Shown here: in pieces, positions 12,862 to 25,199 of the stretch
How positions within the stretch are numbered: position 1 is the first letter of the stretch
How the letters are laid out: each line of letters starts with the position of its first letter
Assembly (NCBI GenBank): GCA_950097015.1
Contig: CATNEN010000007.1
Coordinates: 11,656,001 to 11,720,000 of the forward strand
Source: Macrostomum hystrix
Lineage: Eukaryota; Animalia; Platyhelminthes
Length of the DNA stretch: 64,000 nt
Reading direction: 5' to 3'
The notes under the pieces: model-generated
What the model was told of the DNA's origin: nothing
The model's input: the letters and a program-made list of their open reading frames with translations, nothing else
The model's database searches: none
Translations under genes and position numbers: made by a program

Positions 12862-15800
12862 TCAGCCAGACCGCAGCTCCCGGTCTGTCCACCGGCGAAG
12901 TCCGCAGTCCACACAGACGGCACACAGCAGGCCGAGGATGGCCCCGATACCGGCAGCCTCGGCGCCGACCACGCCGAACATCATCCGTGGCGCGAACACC
13001 TTCCAGGCCATGAGGTGGCGTCGGTGCCAGGCGGCTGCGGCCATATCGCCGAGCTGCAGGCAGGCAGCCAGCAGAAGCAGGCGGGCGAGGACACCGGCGG
13101 TCGCGCGCAGCAGGGTGCCGGATGGCAGGTCGACCAAAAGGAAGTCGCCGCTGCTCTGGTCGGCCAGAAGGCGGCGCCACTTGGACTGGGCAGCAAAAGG
13201 AAGGCGGCCGCCAGTGAGCGGCAGCAGCAGCAGCAGCAAGGGCGACGCCATTGCTGTCAGCAGCTGGCCGCAAAACATGCCGCTGAGAATAAGCGCTCCG
13301 CCGGCGACGCGGCCGGCCTGGCCGGAGGTCTCGGCATTATAGGCGATGAAGGCCGGGTCCCAGCGAATGGCAGACAAGGCAGGCTGCAGGCCGCAGGCGT
13401 AGAAGGCGGTCCAGCCGAGCAGCGGGAGGAACAGGAGATCCGGCCAGCTGGCTAGGCCGGACAGAGGGCAGCCGCGGCCGAGGCGAAGCTGGGCGGAGCG
13501 GAGCTCGGTGCGAAGCAGGGCGGCTCCGGCGCAGAGGAGGAAGCCGGGAACGGCGCGGTGGCCAGCCAGGAGCAGCGCTGCGAGGATGGCGAATAGCAGG
13601 AGGCCGCTGGTGGCTGTGCGGTACACAAAGGCAAGGCCGTAGCCCAGGTGATGATTTTCAGCGCCATCTTCGTCCGAATTGGCGATGCCGAGCAGGTCGC
13701 GGCAGATGACGGGCGCCACCTCAGTCAGGTCGGAGCCGCGGGCAAGCGCCAAAGCGATCGCCTGACGCCGCCTTTGTGTTGCCGGCTGGCGAAGCAGGAA
13801 GGCGGAGCTGGGCGCCAGCAGCAGGGTGAGGGCGCCGACAACGGCCAGCACGAGGCCGAGCCTCAGCAGCACAGGCGACGGTGGAGCGCCAGACGCCTGG
13901 AGGGCCCAGTGAATGACTGCACAGAGGCTGATGGGGATGGGCAGGTAGCTGAGGACCATCACAGCTGGAGAGCCGCCGTTGAGGTTGCCGCAGCGGCGTA
14001 GCCACCAGCGGAAGGTTGCCAGGGAGGCGAGCAGGGTCAGCACGCAGGCCAGCAGGCGGGGCTGCCCGGGGGCGGAAGCGGCAAGCCAGTCGTCGCTGTC
14101 GCGGCACCAGCCGGCGCTGCGGGCCTCCTCGCGGCATGTGGCGAGGCCGATCGCCAGACGAAGGCAGAGGGCTGCGGTGGCGTGTAGGGCGGCGGCGATG
14201 GCGCACGGGTGATCAGCCAGTGATTTGCACGGCTTGCGCCAGAGGCCATCGGTGCGGGCGCGGCGAAGGACAGCCACGCAGGTGGCGGCGGCCTGGAGCA
14301 GCAGTAGGGTCTGCAGCAGGTAAAGCAGGCAGCTGGGCTCAGCAATGATGAAGCTGTTGGACATGTGGCTTAGGGAGGCGAACCCGATGCTCAGAAGGCA
14401 GGCGATGCTAGTGACCTGCGCTAGGCGGGTCCCTGTGTCTGCCGGAGGCTCCTCGGCTGAGGGAGCGGGTCGTGAGTGGGTAGATTACGTGTCGAATATC
14501 ATACAGAATACAGCACAGCCGCATGGTTACACCCCAGCAACTTACTAGAGCGGGCTGGCAGCAGGCGGGAGGCCAGGCAGGTGACGCTGGCAGCCAGGGC
14601 GGCAGCGGGGAGGCCCCATACCAGCACAGGCGGCAGAGAATCTCGGGCAATGTGGCTGGCAAAACAGGCCGCGAGAGCAGCGGCCAAGCCGACAGCGGGG
14701 CCGGCATTGCTTCGGCCGTCAACATCGCTGTAGCCTTGACCGAAGAAGGCGGCGCCAGAGAAAGCCAGGCAGACGGCGAAGGCGCACAGGGACACTCGGA
14801 TGGCCGGCTCGTCGAACCGGGCCCACACGGAGCGGCAGGCGTCTTTGACATCGTCTAGCAGGCGGCGAAGGCCTTCGATATCGTTTTCCGCGGCTGCGGC
14901 TGCACCTGCTCGCAGCTCCTTCAGGCGGGCATCGGGCAAGTCAGCGTAGGCGGCCTGGTAGGTCTCCAGGAAGCGCAAGACCTGGCGTGCATTAAGTGCC
15001 ATGGCATTGCGCGCCCCGGCACCGTTGTCGGTGGGACTGCTGAACAAGGCGGGCGTCACGGCGCCAAGGCTGGAGAACGGAATGGGAGCGCCGAGCAGCA
15101 GCGCTAAGGTCGGCACCAGGTCGATCTGCGCCAGCCGAGGCGGCTCGTCGCGCATCGCCAGGGCGTCCTCCTGGCTTAGCAGAGGTCGCGACTTCGACAC
15201 CAAAGCTAGGCCCGCATCGGTTTCGTCAGGGCTCCCGCCTCCGTGGTCGCCACCAGCCGTCATGCCGTGATCGCCCAGCACCACCAGCAGGGTTCTGTCG
15301 TCAAGGCTTTGCAGCAGAGTCCGCAGGACGGCATCGACTTCCTTCAGCTTGCGCCGCATCTCCGGGTGTTCCGGTCCGTAGCGATGCCCGCAGTGGTCCA
15401 CGCCGAGCATGTGGGCCACCAGGATGTCCCAGTCGGGGCGCTGAAGTTCCTCGGCCAGGTGCCGCTCGACTCCACGGTCCACTGTGTCCAGGTCGTGGAT
15501 GTTGAAGGAGGGGAAGGGATAGGCACGACGGAAGCGGTCCGGCAGGAGGCTAAGCCAGGTGTCATCACCCATGAAGACAGCAGTTTGGTTGCCGCGGGCG
15601 CCAAGCAGCTGATCGATCAGGTTGTCCTCAAGCAGGGCGGCGCCGCCAAAGTTCGCTGAAGCATCAATGAAGGTTGGCAGAGTGCCGGTGAGAAGTGCCT
15701 TCAGCCGTTGCAAGGTGGTGGTTGGCGCGTCCGCCTCCACGTGGGCGACGAAGACGTGGCGCGGGCGGGCCTGCTGCAAGTCGTCCAGAGCCAGGATGTT

Positions 15801-16212
15801 GTTGGCCCAGTGGTGTCGGCCGGCCAATGATTGGTTGGGTCGGAGAAAGTCGAACCTGCGGTTTTCAGCGGGGATAACAGCAATAAGATGGCGAAACTGA
15901 ACGATTCGAGATCGAACTGGGGATAAGAGGTTGGGAGGGTGCTCACTTAAGTGCATCAACCAGCAGCAGGACCAGACGGTCGAAGCGGCGCGGCAGCCAG
16001 CAGGAGTCGTCGACAGCCACAGGCCGGGTGCCAGCAAAGCTGGCGGCCTCACGGCACAGCGAACGATTCGGCAGCTCCGTGCGGGACAGCAGCAAGCCGC
16101 TGGCGAACAGTGCCGTGCTGAGGCCCACACCGGCAGCGGCCAGTACGAACAGGACAACGGAGACCGCGGTCCGGTCAGGGCCGCTGTTGCCACTACAGCT
16201 GCTGTCAACTGC
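12862..16212 (-). CDS. PIGO: GPI ethanolamine phosphate transferase 3 (PIG-O/Gpi13), at least 3 coding exons, ~1060 aa; start codon not inside these exons
   Basis: Exons 16212-15947, 15855-14546 and 14456-12862, with phase-consistent 91- and 89-bp GT-AG introns (LVDAL-K-FDFL; ARS-T-EEPP). Motifs ADAPTTTLQRLKALLTGTLPTF, MGDDTW, DLDTVD, HMLGVDHCGHRYGP, GDHGMT, QIDLVPTL, SNSFIIAE and RRHLMAWKVFAPR; many C-terminal TM helices. A possible extra 5' exon lies at 16921-16889. Confidence 0.94.
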
Positions 16213-16342
16213 CTGCAACACCAGCGATTCGCAAAGCCAATTACAAATAAGAAGCCAAGGAATTAAACTGATTGAAATGAGCTAAGAAGTTGGTGGCCCA
16301 CTAACAGCCGGCGAGAAAGAATGCCACCAACAGAGCCAGATA

Positions 16343-16865
16343 AGGGTGCAGCGGCCGCCAACAGCCAGGAGGAGAGGGTGCAGCGGCCGCCAACAGCCAG
16401 GAGGAGAGGGTGCAGCGGCCGCCAACAGCCAGGAGGAGAGGGTGCAGCGGCCGCCAACAGCCAGGAGGAGAGGGTGCAGCGGCCGCCAACAGCCAGGAGG
16501 AGAGGGTGCAGCGGCCGCCAACAGCCAGGAGGAGAGGGTGGAGCGGCTGCCAACAGCCAGGAGGAGAGGGTGGAGCGGCTGCCAACAGCCAGGAGGAGAG
16601 GGTGGAGCGGCTGCCAACAGCCAGGAGGAGAGGGTGCAGCGGCCGCCAACAGCCAGGAGGAGAGGGTGCAGCGGCTGCCAACAGCCAGGAGGAGAGGGTG
16701 CAGCGGCTGCCAACAGCCAGGAGGAGAGGGTGCAGCGGCTGCCAACAGCCAGGAGGAGAGGGTGCAGCGGCTGCCAACAGCCAGGAGGAGAGGGTGCAGC
16801 GGCTGCCAACAGCCAGGAGGAGAGGGTGCAGCGGCTGCCAACAGCCAGGAGGAGAGGGTGCAGCA
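16343..16865. repeat. 32-bp minisatellite (~16 copies)
   Basis: Unit AGGGTGCAGCGGC(C/T)GCCAACAGCCAGGAGGAG. Confidence 0.95.
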
Positions 16866-17817
16866 ACCCATGAAGATTTGCGGATTACCAAATTCCCTAG
16901 TTTCTCAAATAACAAAAGCATATGTCTGTTAGTTCACATTCAGAAATCACGTGACGCCTCAGCCAAGCTGTGCACTTTTACTGTCTTTAGCTCCAAGATG
17001 AGGCGTAGCGAGTCAGAGAAAAACGGAGATATCGATGGGGGTCAGCTACGAAATCGCTGACCCATGATCCCATGCTCAGAGCAGGGAAATGATGCACGCA
17101 TCCAGGGGACGCGGTTCCAGAGATTGGGGAAAAATGCGCACTGGTGCGGCCAGGCCAGGACTATTACAGAGCTGCGGATCCAACACGGAGATCTGCCGGG
17201 CACACCTGGCCTGCTGAACAGAATGGAGCGGGTCAGGCGGACAAAAGCGCAAAATACGATAAAAGCAAGAAAATATGTGCAAAGCAGAATTCCCTAAGTG
17301 ACTATGAGATGCGACCGACCGCCCTGGGAATGCATTCACAATTAGCTGATTTAGAATTGCTTGACAAAACAATAAAAATACTGCGCCGCAGGGAGCGGAT
17401 AGAACATGTGATTAAAGCGAGCTTGCACTGGCGAGCAAAAATAGCTAGTTACTGGCCAGGCTGCCGTGTAAGCCGGTAAAAATTCAAAAAATCTTAGTGC
17501 TCTTGTTTAGCAGGAGCCTCTATAAAATAGTAAAACTAGATTCGATAATGCGAAAATTAAAAATGGATTGATCTGCAACACAAAAACACTGGCCCTTTGC
17601 TTCGAGCAGTTGTGGAAATGACCGCTGGTTGCTATGCTGTAACTAAGTTTGTTGCCATGCAGTAGCCAGTCGGTTGCCATGCTGTCGCTTGCCATGTAAA
17701 ACAGTTCATAGGCGTTGGTAACAGGTCATTCGAAAATAAATACATGTGAATGTCGTTAACCCTGAAAAAATTCTGCGGTAAATTCTTAAACAACCCGCGC
17801 CGGTGAAGTCCTGGTTG

Positions 17818-20745
17818 CTATGCACGCCAGGACCTAACAACGGACGATTGGATTGGACGTGAGCGCCGCTGCAAAGGCGACTTGGAGCGACTGCGGCGGT
17901 GCCGATTGGGCTCGCGCTCCCGATGCCGGGAAGAAGCGAAGCCTGCCCCCTCGCTCTGTCGATCGCCCGATGGTCGGCGCCGGCACTGCTTGGGCGACGC
18001 ACGCGTGTCGCTGGGACCCTGCTTGGACGGTCTTGGCGAAGCCTGGGCGACCTTGGAAAACACAGCCGACCGCATCGGCTCCTGCGCTTTCAGCCGTCGA
18101 CCGCTGGTTTTGTCTCTGTGACCTTTATTGTTCTTGTCGGCGGCTGATTCAAGGTCCGCAACGTAGAGCGCAACTTCAGCAGCGGCTTTCTTACCAGCCG
18201 TCACGAACTCCAGAGGCTCATCGTCGCTGACGATCTCGCCCTCCTCCACCATCTCCGTACCGGCAACTCGGGCATCGTTGGACGACGTCAAAAGCCGACG
18301 CTGCAGCTCCGCAGCTTTCGGCTTTCTGGCCAGGCGCCTCGCCAGCCTTGGCGGCGTTGAGTCTCGAACTCGAGGCGAATGTCGACTATGAAGAGGCTTC
18401 GAGTCGGCTCGATGCTGATAGCTCGAAGATGGGGACCGACGCCCAGGCCTGGGCAAGGACTCCCGACGGTCAGACCGTGACACGCCTCGATGGTTCGACC
18501 GGTCACGCCTGGACTGGACGCTGAACCCCCTGCTACGTTCCCTTGAACGCGATGTCGACTCTGGCGGGTGCCGTCTGTGCGAGGACGCCTTTGACGACCG
18601 GGACTTGGATGAGCTCTTCACGGATCGGTCAGCAGGAGACTTTGACCTCCGCCGATGCAGCTTGGAGTCGGCGGACAGCTGTTCAAGCTGAGGCGAGGCG
18701 TGCGGCGAGCTCGGCGTTTTTTGCGCCGAGGGCTGCGCGTTCGGGCGCACTGCAGGAGTGGGCGGCGGCGACATCGGCAGCGCTGGCTTGGACAACGGGG
18801 GCGTTGGCGGCGGCGTCGTCGAGGGAGTTCTCGGCCTACCGGCCTGCACAGGAGGGTCCTCGATCAAGACCTCCAAAGGCGCCTCAACAGAAGTTGGCGC
18901 CGCGATTCGAAGCGCCGGTCGATGTGGCAGACCCTCGCTCGGGTGGTCCTCAGCCGCTGCTGGCTCATCCGGAGTGTGCGCCTGGTCCGGGTGCGATGAC
19001 CCAACGCCGCTGTCAACCTCGATAGCTTCCGAGTCCCGGAGATGCTGCTTTCTCGCGGCCTCCCTGGCTGCCCAGGAACGATGCATCCGCATCAGCGTAC
19101 AGGCGTCGGTCGCCCGGACCTCGGCAGCGGCTTCAGATTGGGACTTTTCAGAAGCGGTTGCTGCAGCGATGGCCGAAGCCTCTTCCATTGCTTCTTCGTC
19201 GCTAACGACGACACCGGCGGCCGTTCGGTAGGTGTCTGGCACGTTGAAGATTATCTTCTGCTGCGATTGCGGGGCGGATATCTGCTTGCCGGCGCTGCTG
19301 CCGCCAGAGCTGACGACAGCCAACGAAGACGACAACGAATGCAGCTGCGGCTGTGGACTTAACAGCTGTGCCGGCGAATGCAATGGTGAGCACTCCGGGA
19401 CAGATATATCGGCCTTCAGAATGGCGGGTATGTCAACAATAGGCGTTCCTGACAACTTGTTGTTATCCACATCGTCGGCAACGTCTACAACCGCTGCCTC
19501 TGACGGCGATCGAGATCGATGAGCTCCATCCTCGCAGCGCTGATGGGACCGTCGCGTGTCCCTACAAGAGTCGCGGTCCGCAAGTTTGCGCCGTCGCTGC
19601 CGCAGCTGCTGTTGCTGCTGCTTGTGTCGCATTTCCTGATAACGCTGTCGCTTTGAATATGCAACCGCAAATTGCCGCTCTCGGCTGGCATCAGAATGCG
19701 GTTGGAGCTCCTTGTGCCGTGACGACTGCCGGTCCTCTCGGCGGTGTCGCTCCGAGCTGCGGTGCGTCGTAGCTGCGGGCCTACTGACTTTCGGACTTAT
19801 CGATCTGCGACACCGACGTGAATCCACCGAGGCGGCAACTGCAGCAGCTGCCGCGTCGGCCTTGGGCGGCTCAAACGGCTGCTCGTCAGGCGGCTCGGGT
19901 GACGGCGGTGTCTTCGGCCCGTTGAACGGCCTGCAGTCGAAACCATTTGCTTCGGTTGGGGTTATCGGCGAGCGGCCGCTATGCCGCTCGATAGAGCTCC
20001 GACTGCGCCGCCGGCCATGGGGCACCGGTGAGGACCCTCGCACACGTTGTCGCCGTCCCAGGTGCTGTTGCGGCTCGATTCCCCGATGCTTTGATGGCGG
20101 CGGTAGAGCGGAGTCGCGGCTGGCGTCTCGTCGCTGCTGCCGACGCCAACCAGATTCCTCTCGGCTGTTTGATCGACGCCTCTTGTGAGGGGGCGTGGAC
20201 GGGGAGATACCGGAGGCCGGCTGCTGCTGCAACTGGTCGCATGTCACTGCGGCCTCCTTAACGCCATCGCCTTCATTGCCAGCTTTACCGCAGCCCACCA
20301 GCCGTTGGAATCTGTTAAAAAGGTTTTTGTTAGAAAACAGCGTGAATGAAATAACTCGAATTCCAGGAAAGCATGGGTCCAGTCAGTCCAATGACTTTTT
20401 CAGGCACCGACCTTTCGTTGAGGAATCGCAGCTTCCTCTCGTAGAGGTCCTTCTGTTCGGCCAGCAGATGGTTCAGGTTGGCCTTGTCAGCCAGTAGGGC
20501 CTTGTTCTCGCTGGCCAGAGTGCTGATGGTCTCCACCAGTTGCCGGGTCTCCTGCTCCAGGGTGTGGCAGCGAGCCCGCAGTTCCTGCGCGTGACGGGTG
20601 GGAAAAGCGGATTAAAACTGAGTTCAGTGAGTCCCAGCGCCAAATACACCAAAAGACAGCTTTCACTCACATTGTATGACGGCTCATTGGCAACACTGTC
20701 ATCACAGAAATCAGTGTACAAGTCCACTAAGTCGTCATTGCTCAT
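17818..20745 (-). CDS. CASP8AP2: FLASH/CASP8AP2-like histone pre-mRNA 3'-processing factor, 3 exons, ~913 aa
   Basis: Exons 20745-20671, 20584-20412 and 20311-17818, joined in frame by 86- and 100-bp GT-AG introns. The N-terminus VDLYTDFCDDSVANEPSYN|ELRARC...ENKALLADKANL resembles the FLASH LDLY motif plus coiled coil. MVEEGEIVSDDE resembles the FLASH ARS2-binding EEGEI peptide. The rest is S/R/P-rich and disordered. Assignment is by recalled motif similarity. Confidence 0.65.
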
Positions 20746-23274
20746 TTCTGATTCTGGAAAAAGGCAATAACAATGAAAATATGGCTGACTGTTGAAAAAT
20801 TATAATTGGAAAATGTAATTTAATATACTTTACAAAAAGAAAACAGTTCTAGCCATTCTCAACAGATATAGTTTTTTAAATGTTTTTACTTTCCATTCAG
20901 CTACTTTTTTTAATTAATATATCTAATACATCTATCTAATATATCAACAAATTCATATAAACATAGACAAAAAATATACTCAGTAATATACTAAATTTGT
21001 AGATGGCCTATTTTGGCCAAAAAAATTGTCTATCACTAAAAACAAAGATCTGCAATTCCTGACATCTAGTACTATGCATGTGCCTAGCCTCTAAGACACC
21101 TCATCCATCTAATACATAAATAAATTAATACAAAATATTTATTTAATAGTTTATATATTTTAATATACTTATAATATAATATATATTATATTATACTATA
21201 TATCATATTATAATTATATTTTATTATATTATGTATTTAAAATATTTTTTTAATTTATTATATTTTTTATTACATAAAAAATTAAAATAAACATCACCTA
21301 AATTTAATTTACATCAATAAAATGTGGATACATATACTTAGCATTTTAGCTACTAACCATCAATACACATAATAGCTATTAAAAATATTATTTTGTTTGC
21401 AATCTAATTTTTAAAGCAATAAAAAAACAATTATGCAAACTTTGAGTAAACACTTAAATTAAGAAAAATAAAATAAATGTACATTATGTTTATCTATAAA
21501 ATAAAATATGTTAAATATACAAATTTGTCTTAAATATACATATGCTTACTCTATGCAGAATTATGCTTTAAATAACAAAATAGCTATTCTGAATTTTAAA
21601 TTATCTACAAATGTGAATGAAAGAATGTGAAATAAAAAAAGAATAATAACCTTGATTTGTTATAGCAGTATGCACTTTAGTAATCAGTCAATAGAACCAA
21701 ATAGCCTAAGCCAACACACTGTCACAATAGGATTTTATGAACTTTGGTACTAAGTACTTCAGTTCTAGTTAATGATTTTTACTAGGCCTATAGCTCCTAG
21801 CATAGGGAGTGCATTTTAGTACTATGGTTAATAGAAATGGTATTATATATGAGTAGGCTATGTAGGAAAATTACATACAATAGAATTTAAAGCATTAGAA
21901 CCTTTGAATTATAAGATACAATCATGCAAATTTAGAGACTAGAACTGGAAGTGTACAAGAAAATTTTTAGAGCTAATTCAAATTAATAATTTCTCATGTA
22001 TCATCACAGAATAGTCAATAATTTTTTGACTCAGGCAAGAAGCCAATTGTGAAATTGTGATATGTGTATTTGTAAACATACACAAATTAAGAAGAAAAAT
22101 AAGGGAAATATTTAATTGAACATATATTTTGCTATAGGCCTAGCAGGTTTAAAAAATTGAAGCAGATTAAACAATAACATAGAATAATAACTTTACCAAG
22201 GTTCAAGTTTAATATCATCAAGAAAACAGTTTTAATGAAATTAGCAACCCAATTTAAATAATGTAATGTAATATTGTCTGTTTTGTTGATTTACACAATT
22301 TACTTAACTGCTAAGCATTTGAGATAAATTTGTAAAATTCAAAATTTAAGTATATCCGAAAATAGCTTCAGAAGTTTAAATATTTTAGTTCGATGTCAAT
22401 TATCAAATTTATGAATATGACATAGTCGTTAAATTAGGCGTTTAGGCGTTCCTTTTCACCTTTTCAATTAAACTGCTCCGAATTTCTTTTGGCCATGTTG
22501 CCTCAGCACAATTATATTTCAGTAATTTAATTGAATGAATGCATTTTTAATCAAGGTTGTTTTTCCATTGACATACATGCAAGAGTGCCAATTCACTGCT
22601 ACGATTCACTGCTAATCAGTTTATAATCTAGATAAATATCGATGAGGGGAAGATTTTTAATGAAACTCTACAGATCTGCTTCAATTGAATTAGCGCTTTG
22701 TTCTTGCGGGTTTTACTATAAAAACTAACAAAATTCTAGTAATGAGAGTAGTATATTTAAACTCAAGGTAAAAACGAAGCATGTATGCATTTAGTAAAAA
22801 AGCCCTGAAAACAACGATATTTTTTACAACAATATTTTTGCTTGTAAAAAATGCTCTCAATGCAATTTCTTATTTGCCTTACACATTGACAGCTGCTTCA
22901 CTTGTTTTTCCCTTCCAATTCCTCAAAGCAGACAATGGCTTCTTGATACTAAATATGCACGATCATTTACATCTGATGCAATTAATAGATGTGGTGGCTG
23001 CAAGCTGTGCCATACTAAGAGTAGACCCTCTTACCTCTTAGGTATAGATACAATATGCGTTATGTAATATACATACAGTTGCAAAGGAAGTCCTCGCTTT
23101 CCTTGTTGCATCTTGTAGCAGATGTTCGCTTATGGCTTTAACCGTCAGAGAATTCTGGATTCGTTTTCAACTCAGACATTTAGCTCAGAAATACACATTA
23201 TAAAGAGTATGGTCTTCATTGATGGTGATGCGCCCTCGGCATCCTGCACCATCGAACTGAAGTCAATTCAATGG

Positions 23275-24748
23275 TCAGCGATCGATGTTGCCAATGACTT
23301 CCCATGAGTCCGCTGCATCGTCGCCTGCACTGTCTGCCGCAATGCCGACCTGCCACCACTCATTGCTGTCGGTTGGAGCTGCAGCCTTCGGCAGCATGAC
23401 AATGTCCTCGATCATGGGGTAGGCGGTGGTTTCGCGAATCCGGTAGGCCTGGCCAGCGTCGCGGAACGCGCAGCGGATCCGATCGCGCACCGTCTGGCCG
23501 CGTCCGGAGCCGCTGACCGCCGACTCGTCGCCCCAGTTGGTTTCTGGCGTGTCGGGTGGCAGGTCGTGCTGAGCAAAGGACAGCTCTGGCTGCAGCAGGA
23601 TGAACCTGCAGTGAAATGCGTTATTCTTGGCTCTGTTATTGAAATTCTAGTATGCCATTTAATGAGCCACTCCTTGCAACTAACAGTACATTATCTGACA
23701 TTAAAAAACCTGCTAGAAAAAACTGAGGGATTGTTTCTACCAAACTACTCAAGCTTAACTTAAGGAATCAAACCAAGAGACTCAAACCGATGCAGACTCT
23801 AACCAATGCACAGACTCCAACCCATAGACTCAGACCTAGACATTCAAGCCTAAAGACTTAAACCCAGAGACGACAACGCCAATGCAGGGACTCAAACCCA
23901 GCCAGCCAGGTGAGTTTCCCGAGCTCGCACCCATCCGCTGCGCCGTAGGCGAATCGACTGTCTTCGGGGCTGTAGAAGGGCGCGAAGGTAGTGACGAAGA
24001 AGGTCTGGTTGTGGAAGCGGAACACCCAGCCAGGCCGGTGCAGTCGCTGGGTCTCGGCCATGCAGTCTCCACCGCCATCGCTAGTGTTGCAGGCAGCCAA
24101 AGTGCTCAGAGTTCGGTAGACAGCAACGCTGAACCGGCGAAAGTCACCAGCGCATCGCTCGCCCGGCAGGCGGATGACGAAGCCGTCAAGTCCGAGCTCG
24201 CCGCAGACACGGCAGAAGAGACGCAGCCGGGGCGCGCAGGCAGCTGCGTTGGCACTCAGCGACAGGCGACGCCGCCAGGCCGGGCCGCCCCAGAGCCGGG
24301 CGCGCCGGGCAAACACGCAGGCGCTGCCTTGTCGAACCGTTTCGAAGGCTCGCAACGACTCGCAGTCCTCGTCGGTGTCGGCACCATCGATGATGTCATT
24401 CACAGTGTCGTCCAGCACCGCAGTGCGAAGCTCCAGCAGCCGCCTCTCCGGCAGGTCGGACAGCGCCCCGGTGGTGGGCTTGCCGCGCAGCGGATTCTTC
24501 CAGCGGCGCTTCGAGTCTTGGTCGGGTTGATTGACGGCGGCGACGCGGGTGGCCGACCATCGATAGCTGAGGCCTAGCACGCCAGCCAACAGCGCCGTCC
24601 ACCAGCTAAGGCTGACGGAGGTGACCAGTAAACCGGCCAGGCAGGCAATGCGAATGCAGACAAGCCATGTGTTCACGGAGGACCTGAGGCGCAGCACAGT
24701 TTGCCGGCTCGGTGGTGGCACGGACTTTGTTGCTGAATCCGGGATCAT
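23275..24748 (-). CDS. YqcI/YcgG-like protein with N-terminal transmembrane hairpin, 2 exons, ~382 aa
   Basis: Exons 24748-23931 and 23605-23275, with a phase-2 GT-AG intron (AYGAAD-G-FILLQPELSF). Motifs ACVFARRA, WVFRFHNQTFFVTTFAP...SRF, LLQP..SF and RDRIR occur in the order expected for YqcI/YcgG (DcsA/GntA-like). The gene model is solid; the family call needs an HMM check. Confidence 0.62.
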
Positions 24749-25199
24749 TCAGCAGCGACAGCCGATTCAATTGAGCTCTGTCTAAACGCCCCAGAAATAC
24801 AGTTTAATCAAAGCTGTACAGGGTATTTCTACACCAAACACGCATTGTTGCCAGCGTGGAGGGCTGAGCTGGCAGAGGGCGCTGTGAAATGCTGCTATAA
24901 ATAGACACGCGGCGGTGAGGGGGGCGATACGGCCAGTTCCGCACTTGTACATTCGGTGTAGGGAGTGCTGCAGCCGTATGCGTACGAGCTGCTAGGCGTC
25001 TTTCTTGAAATGTCTGTGTGGCCCAAGCTGCTCTTAACGCAGGCGAGATGAGACCATGCACAAACTAAAAGCAGTTGGCATGTGTAATTTGCACTACAGG
25101 AGAAAGCAGTGCCGGTAGCGCTTGATATTCACGTACCACTGGAAATCACTTCGTTATTGTTTTTACTGACAAAAAGTTGTGCGTATTGTGAGGCAGTTT

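Noticed and set aside
14499-16208. 569-aa ORF as the complete PIGO N-terminus
   Set aside because: Its first ~118 residues come from another frame plus intron read-through; the conserved frame requires the 15856-15946 intron.
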